From Camelus dromedarius (lineage: Eukaryota): a stretch of DNA of 64,000 bases. Of the stretch, positions 53,100-64,000 are shown one piece after another. The DNA lies in contig NC_087437.1 of the NCBI RefSeq assembly GCF_036321535.1, positions 84,694,001 to 84,758,000 on the forward strand. Direction: 5' to 3'. Both the position numbers and the translations under genes were made by a program. Positions within the stretch are counted from its first letter, which is position 1. Each line of letters opens with the position of its first letter. Below the pieces are notes generated by a model. It worked only from the letters and a program-made list of their open reading frames with translations. It was not told where the DNA came from and did not search any database.

Positions 53100-56000
53100 T
53101 TCTTTTCGAGTTTCTAAACGTGTAAGCTAAGATCATTGGTTTGAGACTTTTCAATAGATGCCAATTAAGTCAAGTTTGTTGATAGTGTCATTTATGTGTA
53201 ATATGTTCTTATTGATTATCTACTTCTTCTATCAATTATTGAGATAGTGGTGTTGACATTTCTCACTATAATTTTGTATTTATCTATTTCCCCTTACTAC
53301 TATAAATTTTTGCTTAATGTATAAAGACTTTAGCTTTGATTTAAAATTCAGATGTTTAAGATTCTTAAGCTCTTTTGATGAATTGAATGTTTTCAAAATA
53401 TGTAATGATCCTCTTTATCCATAATTCTTTGCTCTGAAGTCTACTTTGTTTAATATCAATTGTTGTGATTAGTGTTACCATGGTATATTTTTTCCATCCA
53501 TTTACTTGTAACCTATTTTCATCTTTATATTTAAAGTGAATTTCTTGTAGTTAGCCTATGATGAGATCTTTTTTGTTTCATAATCTGACAATGTTTGCCT
53601 TCAGTTTTGATATTTAAACCATTTGCTTTTAGCAATAGTGTTGATACTGTGGGTTTTATATCTATTATTGATTTTTCCTCTATAAATCTCATCTGTTGTT
53701 TGCTTTTTTTTCTTTTTTATGGTTCAATTAGAGTTATTACACTTCTTTAATGATTAATTTTGTCTTCTTTGTTGAATGGGTAGCTAAAACTCTTAATGAT
53801 CATTTTGGAATATCCTTTGGGATTTAGAGTAAACCTGTTTAATTTATTGCAGTTTTGGCCTCAAGTGATAATATACCTCTTCATGTATTGTATTAGAACT
53901 TTCTAACAGTAAACTTCCATAGCTCTCTTCCTGGTCTTTTTATTTTTGTTATTTTATAAATATACATACATATATTCATTCCCAAAATTTGTTTTTGTCA
54001 TTTTTTCTTTAGACAGCAATTGTTAAACATAAATTCAATTAAAATGTACTTTATATTCACCAAAATAGTTACCATTTCAATTCATTTGTATAGATCCACA
54101 TTTACATCTGATAACTTTTTCCTTCTGCATTAAGAAATTTAACATTTCTTGTTGCAGGACAGCTTGTGATGACTTGTTCCAGTATTTGTTATGTCTGCAA
54201 AAGTATTTAGTTCACTTTGTTTTGAGCTGTAAATGACATACAATAAGTCACACTTATTCAATTGTACACTTTGATACATTTGACATATATATACTTCCAT
54301 GAAATGACCAATACAATCAAGATAATGAACATATATACCACCCTCATTTATACTTAATGTGATTGTATAGTTAAAGTATATGATCTTGCTTTTTGTTTTC
54401 TAATGGACTCTCCAGTTCTTTTTCATTTTTTAATTCTTCCTCTACATAATTTTGAATTAACTGAGTAATTTTATAAATTTTTTTGTCTTTGTGAATCTAT
54501 AAACTCTAATTTTTGTTTTGTTATTTTTGTGATTGCTTTAGGGGTTATGATATATAGTATACCTCTTTAACTTACCAAAGTTTAAATAAGTTAATATTTA
54601 TCAGAATACATATGGATTAAGAATAAAAAATTATATTTGCATTCCCCAGCCTTTATACCATTTTGCCACACATGTTATTTATACATACACTGTGAACTCC
54701 AGAATGCATTATTATTCTATTTGCTTTAAAAGTCAATTACCTTTCAAAATACTTAGTAAAAAGCAATTATATATTATATATCATATTATTATAATATATA
54801 TTATATATAAACAAAATACAGTTTTTATGTTTTTCATTCTTTTGTAGAAATCTGTATTTCCACCTGGTGTACTTTTTCTATGTATGAAGAACTCCCTTTA
54901 ACATCTCTTAAATTGAAGGCCTGTTATAATGCATTCTTTTTGGTTTTGTATATTTGAACATTTTTATTTAGTGCATATTTTTGAAAGATATATTTGGGAC
55001 TAGAATTCCAGACTGACAATTTGTTTTTATTTTCTAGCAGTACTTTTAAGGTTCTCTTCCACCTGTGTTGTTTCTGAAGGGAAATCTGTGTCATAATTAT
55101 TTTGGCTTGCTGAATCTAATGGCTTTCTACTTTGACCCCTTTAAAGATTTTTTCTTTATACCTGGTTTTGTACAATCCAAGCATGTGTGCATTAGTTTGT
55201 CTGTTTATTTCCATTTATCTTGTGCTTGGGATTACTGAACTTTTGGGTTGGTGAGTTTGTATTTTCCACCTAATTTGGAAAATATTCAAGCATTATTCAA
55301 ACATTTTTTCTGACACCCTTTTGTCTTCCATCTTACAGGGATGCCAATTTCATACATCTGAAGCTGCTTGATGTTGTCTCAAAGCTCAGTTATGGTTTTA
55401 TATTTAAAAAAAATGTTTTTCTGTCTCTGTGCTTCATTTTGGATTTTTTAATTGCTGTTTTCAAGTTCCCTAATATTTTCTTCTGCAATGTCTAATCTGT
55501 TGTTAAATCCATTAATGTATATTTCATTTCACATGTTGTAGTTTCATAGCTTACATTTCAGTTTGTCTTTTTTTAATATCTTCCATGACTGTTTAAATTT
55601 GCGAGCATGTGGAATACGACCATGATAACTGTGTTACCATTCTTGTCAGCTTATTCTTTCCTTTGTGCCAGGTATACATCAGTTTCAATTAATTGACTTT
55701 TTTTCCCATTGGGGTTACATTTTTCTGCATCCTTGAATGCTTGATAATCTTGGATCAGATTCTAGTAATTGTAAATATTACATTACTAGATGTTGGACAT
55801 GTTTGTTTTCTTACAAACAATCTTGAGCTTGGTTTTGGGATACAGTTAATTGGAAACACTTCGATCACTTCAGTTACTACTTTTAGTTTGTTAGGGTAGA
55901 TCAGATCCTGTGTTTATTCTAGGGCTCACTGTTCCCTACTTCTAGGGCATGCTCCTCATCATTATTTTACCAAATGCCCTATGAATTACAAGGTTTTCTA

Positions 56001-57285
56001 GTATGACTAGTGAGGACAAGCAGTATTTCTTCCTCTGCATGAATACCGTGTACAGTTTCCTCCAGATATTTGTGGATGTTTCATTGTCCTGTCACAAGTA
56101 GTTCCTTCATATGCATTTCATTAGTACCTATCAGAGACTTTCTGTACATCTTCAGGGTTGGTTGGTCGGGCTATCTATCTATCTATCATGTATCTCTCTT
56201 CCCCTTTTTTAAAAAAATTATTGAAATATAGTTGATATACAATATTATATAAGCTACAGGTGCATAGTGTAGTAATTCACAATTTTAAAGTTTGTACTCC
56301 TTTTATAGCTATTATAAAATATTGGCTATATTTCCTGTACTGTACAATATATCCTTGTAGCTTTTGAAATACATAGTATTTTGTACATCTTTATCCTCTA
56401 CCCCAAATTGCCTCTCCCTACTTCCCTCTCCCCACTGGTCACCGTTAATTTTTCCTTTATGTCTGTGAGTCTGCTTTTTTTGTTGTTATATTCACTAGTG
56501 TTGTATATTTTAAATTTCACATATAAGTGATATCATACAGTATTTGTTTTCCTCTGTCTGACTTATTGCACTTAGCATAATACTCTCCAAGATCATCCAT
56601 GTTGTTGCAGATGGCAAGATTATTTTTATACCTAATATTCCAGAGTGTGAATATAGATATATAAATGTACATATCACATATTCTTTATCCATTAATCTAC
56701 TGATGGACATTTAGGTTGCTTCCATATCTTGGCAATTGTAAATAATGCTGCTATGAACATTGGGGTGCATGTATCTTTTCGAATTAGTGTTTTTGAAGTT
56801 TTTTTGGAGTGGAATTGCTGGGTCATATTGTAGTTTTATGTTTGGCTTTTTTGAGAAACCTCCATACTGTTTTCCACATTGGCTGCACCAATTTACATGC
56901 CCACCAACAAGCATTCTCTTTTCTCCACATCCTCACCAGGCACTTGCTGTTTGTGTTCTTTTTGATAATAGTCTCTTTCTCTCTTTAGTACTCTGTATTT
57001 GAGCTGCCTTGTCCTCCCTGTGCTTCCAGCAACACCTTTACATATCAGGGAGACAGGTAAGCTCTGCCTGGTTTGCCTTTTTTGGCAAATATCCAGCAAC
57101 CTCTCTTGAGGGAGTAATCTGGGGTGATGATACCACTTGTGATGATACCACTTTGTTCCTCATGAATCATTGTGTTGCCTGATATTCCATACCAGGAGAA
57201 CTATGTTTTTATATTTTTTCAGGGTTTTGTTTTTGTTTTTAATGCAAGAGAGTAAATCTGATCATTCTCATCTCTTTTTACCTGT
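53100..57285 (-). mobile_element. Old L1MC/MD-like ORF2 5' part, ORF1 and 5' region (fragmented, interrupted at 56205-56970)
   Basis: ctttgctctgaagtctactttg; ctttatatttaaagtgaatttcttgtag; ttcttctgcaatgtctaatctgttgttaaatcc; aaatgccctatgaattacaagg. Confidence 0.7.
56205..56970 (-). mobile_element. 5'-truncated L1 3' end (L1MA9/artiodactyl-type)
   Basis: ttgaaatatagttgatatacaatattat; ORFs 56510-56710 (ATTWMILESIMLSAISQTE) and 56711-56914 (LQYDPAIPL). Confidence 0.9.
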
Positions 57286-59357
57286 AAATAATATTTCCAT
57301 ATGATATCCTGAACTAATTACCTGTATTCAATTTTCATATGCTATTTATGTTCTCTTTCTGTGATATGTAATGCATGTTAATTCCAAAACTGTCTGCATT
57401 TTAATTTTAATTTTTGCTACTACCTGTCTGTTGCCTTCACATGAAGTCTGTTATTTGGTACTGTGCCAGCAATTAAATTCCTCATCTTAGGTTTATCAAC
57501 TATACTAATTTTGACTGCTGTATTTCTTCTAATAGCCCTAGTCTCTAAATGACAATGAAGCAAGATTCCAACAAGTGTCATTCGTCACACTATTTAGTAC
57601 ATTCTACATCTTCTTTTTGGTCTCCCGATAACAACAACTACCTTAAATGTTCAGTGAAAATGGATGGATGATTTCATGAGATATCAATAGGTGTCCAGCT
57701 AGCACTGGAATAGATTTGAATAGCAGCAATTTAGTGAATGATCTTATCAAACACTGAAGGCATATCAAGGTGCCATCTGTGCATTTGATAATAAATTGAG
57801 ATGTTCATTTTCTATGGCTTTCAAACTAGCCATCTTTCTGCTCTGGGATGAAGATTTATGATGCTCATGTGGTTGATGCTTTCAGTTAGCTGATAGTAGA
57901 GATCTTCAAACCTAGACTACAAGAGGAATTGATAAGAGGTGAGAGGAGGTGGCCATGTGCAGTATCACAGACTCACTTGGATAGTGTATATCTCCATTCA
58001 GTCTGCTTCATCACTAATGCAAAAAATTGGAATCAAATTAGAGTATTTGGAAAGTCACACTTAAGTGCAAATATAACTCCAGGAAGAACAATTAGAAATG
58101 TCTGGGTAAAGTAAGGTAGAAGTTAGGGTCACTACACTATCAGGAGCCATCAAGAGCCTGGCGACGAATGATTTCATTCCCAAACCCTGGCTAATTCCAG
58201 TCAATACTCATTTCATTACAAGGTAGTGGTTTCGGGTTACTTTTGCATTCTAAAGTTTCTACTTTAACAACATGTGAGTCTGTTTCATCAGTTCAGGACC
58301 TCAGAAACAAGTCAGATATTTTCGAAGATCTAGTATAAATTTGTCATCAAGTAATATGAATCATTTGAAATATTATTTTAAAATATATTTGTGACTTTTA
58401 GAGATATTGATTCATTTTAAATCACTACTAACTCCACAATAAGGAATAGAGCAAAAATTCTCCTTATTAGTTATTAGAAACAACTTGCTGTTCCTGCTTC
58501 TGGTCATCAAAATCAGTTTGGTCACTTTGCTTGGACTAGTGCATAATATCACCTAATGTATCACAAAACTGATGCACATTCTTTGATAAGAGGAAATCAC
58601 TAGACTAACAGTACATGCAAGAAACCTACTGCACTCTCCCATATAGTTTAAATTACTGTGCTATTGCATTACTGCTATTATCCTATTGGTTTTATTTTAT
58701 AAAATATCTTGTACTTCTAGACTTGTGCATTTCCATAGTTAGTGATGATTAGTTATCTGCTTCATTCTCTACTTGTACTACTCCCTGACCCCTTGGCTCC
58801 TCTAATCTAAGCTTACAATTACTTTATTTCTTCATATATTTTTTCAAGACTTTATTTTTCATTGATCATCTCATTTCAGATCTTATCCTCTTTAACTCCT
58901 TCCAACTCTACCCTAATCCATTAAGAAAGTCATTATTTCTCAGCCACAGAACATGAGCTCCATTATTTTCATGGTCCCATTTCTCAGATGTCCTAGTCTT
59001 GGCTATACATACGGAGAGATATACTACACATTATGGTCTCATGGCAGATTGGTCTTTATCACTTTATCTTTTTAGACTCATTTCTTAATATGCCATGTGT
59101 TCTTTTTTGCTCTCAATCCTCAGTGAGCTCTCTGGCTTCCACCATGAAAAGATGATTAAATTTTCATTGTGTATTTCTACAGAAAGTTAACAGTTTTTAG
59201 GGCCATGGCTTTAATTAGTAGTGTAACAGGAATCAAAAGCGTACATTTTACTAACAAGATCTCAGGGTTTGAAAACTTGGTCTAATATTTTGTAGAAGTT
59301 AACGCTTTGAAGCCTTGGTTTATTCATCTAGAAAATAAATAATCTGGAGCAATTTAA

Positions 59358-59819
59358 TACTTATGGTTCAATTACATCACTCAAGAGATATGTTGAAGTC
59401 CTAACCCCCAATACTCAGAAAGTGACCTTGTTTGTAAATAGAGTCATTACAGATGCAATTAGCTAAGATGAGGTCATACTGAAGTATGGTGGATCCTTAG
59501 TCCCACATGACTGGTGTCCTGAGAAGAAGAGGAAATGTCACATGAAGACAGAGGCAGGCATGAAAAACGTCATATCTCCATGGAAATGGAGATGGAAATG
59601 CTGCAGCTTCAGGCGAAGGAGCACCAAGGGTTGCTGGCAAACTACCAGAAGCTAGGAAGAGGCAAGGAGGATTCTCTCTTATATTTTCAGATGAAATGAC
59701 CATACTGATTCTGTGATTTTGCACTTCTTGCTTTTAGGACTCTTAGACAATAAATTCCTAATTTCTCGAGCCACCCAGTTTGTGCTAATTTGTTACAGCA
59801 TTTCTAGGAAACTAATATA
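59358..59819 (+). mobile_element. MaLR solo LTR (MLT1B/C-like) inserted in a MIR
   Basis: gatatgttgaagtcctaacccccaatac...aagatgaggtcatactg...ccagaagctaggaagaggcaaggagg...gccacccagtttgtg...ctaggaaactaatata; MIR-like flanks at 59300-59355 and 59820-59910. Confidence 0.9.
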
Positions 59820-62427
59820 TTACCTTGTGGTGCTGTCATCATGATTACATAAAAGATATGATAGGCACCAAGCACAGAGTCTGTCTCATAGAAGTGCTCT
59901 ATAAATATTAGATGTGATCACTAGTATTCCTAATTTGCCTTTACAAATGTAAAACCCCCTTTTTATCCATGACTCTTCTCTATTTCATGTCTGAAACCTA
60001 ATGTTTCTTTCATGGGTGTGCTGCAAGGGACAAAATAGTCATGGTCAGTATGTAAAAGTCTGAGTCACATTTAAACTGCTTCTATTCCATCAGAAAATTT
60101 TGAAATTTTTAAATGCTTCCTGTCAAGATAGTAGTGGGATGCAACTATATTGTATATTAATTTATTTGAATAATTTCTAATGTGTCTTATAAAAATCATT
60201 TTGAATTTCATCTAAGGGCATCTTGTGGGGAAAGGCTGGAGTAAAGTGGAAGCCATAGACCTTTTTCTAATAAAATTCCTTGGCACTGCTATGGGATTTG
60301 CTGGTCTGTTTGTTTCCCTAATAGATGTTGTACTCCACTGCTTCTGTCTTTGCCAGCCATTCCCTCAGGTGATCCTGTGCTGAGCAGCCAATGCTGGTGC
60401 CCAGCAGATGGGGAAAAAAGCAAAGTGCCAGAGGAAAGCTTGTGAAGAAATCTAGAGGATCAAAGACGTGTAATTAGGAAACTGTGGATCTGACAATGGA
60501 AACTTAATAGAACTGTTTTAATAAATGTAAAAATTTCAAGTCATCATGAAAAAGAAGAGGTATTTTCACTCCTAAGGATATATCTGCAATAGCAGTCATG
60601 GAAATGGTTAAGATAAAAGAAATAATTTGAAAGTGTCACTTAATTCATTTTAGGATATAGTGAAACAAATCTCCTAGGGCCAAAATTACTCCCTGGGAGT
60701 GAGCTAAGCACACAGGGATGCTGCATTAGCTCCACAGGCTAATGTGCCATCACAAATTATCAGAGTGCTTCTCTGTCTGGTAGGAAATCATACGGTAGGA
60801 GAATTTGACTGATTACACTTAGACATATTAATTGTAATACTTAAAGAAAAATGATCCCCAAAGCTTAATTTTTCACTATGTATACATGTAGAATTTGCCA
60901 CATGTACAAATGTCGATTTTGTCTTTCATAATATTCTTATTGTTGATGACTGTAGAATGACAAAACAGCCATTTATCAGAAACCAAATCAATTTGGCAAA
61001 AAATTACATTCTTTGAAACTTTTATTTAGATCATTTGCACAAAAATACTTTGAGGGAATAATAAGTTCATGATTGCAGTCAAGTGTGGTCTGTTGAATTA
61101 TTCCACATTACTGTTAATAGTTATGTTCTCATTAGAGAGAAAATCAACACAACAAAACAATGGCAATACAACTAAAAATGTTTGGTATGGAATTAACTTG
61201 AAAATATCCTTTAATCTACTGAGAAGAAGTAACCATTCTAGTCACCAAATCTTCCACAGAAGGAGTTTTAAAATAAAAGACAGCTATGTAAGCAAAGTAA
61301 AGTTTTGTCCCTTTATCAATAAAATACATATGTTTGAATTACTGTTCAGTGCTTATTTCAGTACATTGTACATATTTCATTAGAAATTTGAAAATCTTGA
61401 ATAAATATAAATTTTGTAACCTATTAATTTTACTAATAACTAGAAGTAAAACAGACAACAATAAAAATGCAACAGATCCTGGACTAGCTCTATTTTTACA
61501 GCCTGCTATATTTTAACGAAAATACTAATATAACTTTCATAGCACATGTGGGATAGGAAAGCTGACTCTAAAGCATTTAGAACCACTCTTGTCAATTTTT
61601 GCCACAACTTGAATCAGACCCTTCTTTACAAGCAAATTTTTTAGACAGTAGGTAAGGAAAACTTTGTACTTCTAATTCAGATATTACCTATATTCAATTA
61701 AGAGCTCACTCACTGATCTTTTAGGTAATTGATTATCAAATACCCTGAAATGTTAAATTTTAAAAACAAACAGATCTAGAATATTACTGTTTGTTGTATA
61801 TTTTTAATCATAAATGTGAATATTTTTAAAATAAAATATATGCTATATGAATAATTATTCCTCAGTTCCTACCTGCACCTCTAATGGCATTGAATAATTA
61901 TTCATAATCTATAATAAAGACATCATAATCATTATATAAAGTAGAGGTAGTCTCTTTAGCCACAGATTAGCTAGAAATAAACATATCATATTATGATCTT
62001 CAATTCTTTTTAGCTAGAATACATATTTGTACTAACATTAAAAAGATAAATATAAGAAAATGTATTCTCTTTTTATTTGAGTGCATTTTGACATATATGT
62101 GTAATGAACACACATCACCATTTTACTACAATCTTCATTTTGTTATATTAGACCAGAATTTTGTTTGATAAATTCTACAAACACAAAGTACTGTGTTGGA
62201 GATGACTGATAACAGTTCATAAGAGCTGGATAAAGTTTCAGAATTCTGTGAGCTGTTGGAATCCATACCAGTGGCCGGAAATCTGCCTTATTAGGATTAT
62301 TTACATCCCAGAAATAGGCAAATACCACAAATCAGATTTTTTTCTTCTATTAGGAGAGTTAATTTTTCAGTATTACCAAGAAATTGCTACAAGCACATGT
62401 GTAATATATATTTTTATACTCTTTTAC

Positions 62428-63030
62428 TATGGCAGGAAGAATGGCCTCCCAAAATGTACTGTGTCTTCATTTCTGTAATCTGTGAATATTTTATGCTACA
62501 TGATGAAAGGGCCTTTGCAGATGTGTAAATAATGTTATGAACCTTAAAATAGTGACTTCATCTTAGATTATCCAGATAGACACAATCAAATCCCATGAGC
62601 CCTTTAAATCAGGGAATTTTCTCAGGCTACGGGCATGGTAAAGGAGACAGAGAGAGGAAATCTTAAGGGAGATTTAGAGTGTGAGAAAGACTTGGCTTAC
62701 CATTGCTGGTTTTGAAGATGAATAGGTCCATAGGCCAGGTAATATGGGAGGCCAGTAGTAGGTGACCATGATCCCCAGCCAGAAAAGGAACCTCAGTCCT
62801 ATGATTGCCTGGAATTGAATTCTGCCAAAAATTTAACGGACCTGGAAGTGGATTCTCTCTCAGAGCCTTCTGTAAAGAGCCCTGGCAACTGTTACTTTGA
62901 TTTCAGCTAGTGAGACCCAGTGCAGATAAACTAGCTAGGTTTCCCTACAGTATTGTGAGATAATAAATTTATCTTGTTTTAAAACTAAGTTTGCGGTAAT
63001 TTGCTATAGCAGGAATAGAAAACCGATACT
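62428..63030 (+). mobile_element. MaLR solo LTR (MLT1D/E-like)
   Basis: ggcaggaagaatggcctcccaaaatg...ctttgcagatgtg...gctggttttgaagatg...gaattgaattctgcc...ctaagtttgcggtaatttgctatagcaggaatagaaaaccgatac. Confidence 0.88.
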
Positions 63031-64000
63031 TACATATATACTGTGACCTAATCAAATTGAAATATTTATTTTAAAAACATGAAAATTTGAATAATCCATG
63101 TATCATCTTTGCTTATGAGCCATGACTATTCTTCATAGTTTTTCCAAGGTAGCATTCATGATCCTAAGCAAGTATCCAACATAGTCTTGACCTTATAAAA
63201 TGCACTTTGTTACTTAAAAAAATATTATTTAGGTGAAAATTATTTTTTTCAAAGAGACAAAAATGTTTCAATTAATGAAGTTACTACAAATATGATTACC
63301 TGTGTTTCAAAGTTACTAAGCTTCAAGTTTCTTAAACATTATCTAAATGACTACATTGTTTTAAAAACTCTGTTAACAGTGTTTCCAGAATGATCTCCAA
63401 GCAGCTAATGATTACCCACTTAGTATCAGTTAAAGCAGGTCTTTAGAATTGTCTTCATATGGAGGATGTCTGAGCCTATACAGAGATAACCTAAAATTAA
63501 CATATTAAAAATATGAAAATGTGTTCACAAAGCACATACTAAATTAATATAAATCAGTATTGCACAAGGCTTTATAGCTAAATTTTGGAAATTACTCATA
63601 ACAAATTGTATAAAAGAGACTTTAGAAAGATGATATATTTTAATTAAATGATATTATAAAAATCTAAATTACATTTCTAAATTTATACAAGATAGAGCAA
63701 AAGAAGTTATTTTCAAAACCCTTAGAAATTAGAATGTAATTGCAGTAACTATATGCTTTACAAGTATAAAAAATATTTAAATGCATTTAGTACCTTAGTA
63801 CACTGTCTTATATGCAATTGGTATGTTTGCTAAGGGAAACATTCATTCAACTAAGAGGAATTTGTTTAATAAATGATTTGGAATCATGTAAACAAATCAT
63901 TTAAACAATGGATTTTTAAATTTCATAAAAACTCCTAAGTTTGGTAATTTTTACTTTATAAATAAAGATGCATAAAATATAGATTGAATCAAATAGTCAA

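Noticed and set aside
57124..57153. Perfect 15-bp tandem duplication (similar ones at 11584-11616 and ~41953-41974)
   Set aside because: Two-copy slippage duplications, common and not an array; no spacer structure, so not CRISPR-like.
1..64000. A novel multi-gene system, prokaryotic operon, NUMT or non-retroviral endogenous virus
   Set aside because: No long or clustered ORFs and no mitochondrial or viral motifs seen other than ERV-L and L1. A frameshift-aware protein search would be needed to exclude highly decayed cases.

Overview
AT-rich, CpG-depleted mammalian non-coding DNA. It is most likely camelid: there is a Vic-1-like tRNA-derived SINE at 41740-41871, plus cetartiodactyl-type L1 3' ends and an ERV1 LTR. 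I recognise no host protein-coding exon, rRNA, functional tRNA or CRISPR array, and the protein-like ORFs in the track are L1 ORF2 remnants or incidental frames in repeats. The window is a fossil record of transposable elements: many L1 fragments (a roughly 14 kb nested, mostly minus-strand block at 42.8-57.3 kb, including a twin-priming 5' inversion), a decayed ERV-L provirus (gag-PR-RT-RNaseH plus an LTR16-like 3' LTR, 25.5-28.2 kb), MaLR/ERV1 solo LTRs, L2, MIR and Tigger/hAT MITEs. The most unusual structures are a templated-insertion/template-switch scar at 37.85-38.28 kb beside an ERV1 solo LTR, an imperfect palindrome at 7.05-7.23 kb, and a CpG-retaining unique segment at 35.8-36.05 kb. 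The sequence alone does not support a novel multi-gene biological system. Repeat family names come from recalled consensus motifs and need Dfam/RepeatMasker confirmation; boundaries of old repeats are approximate.
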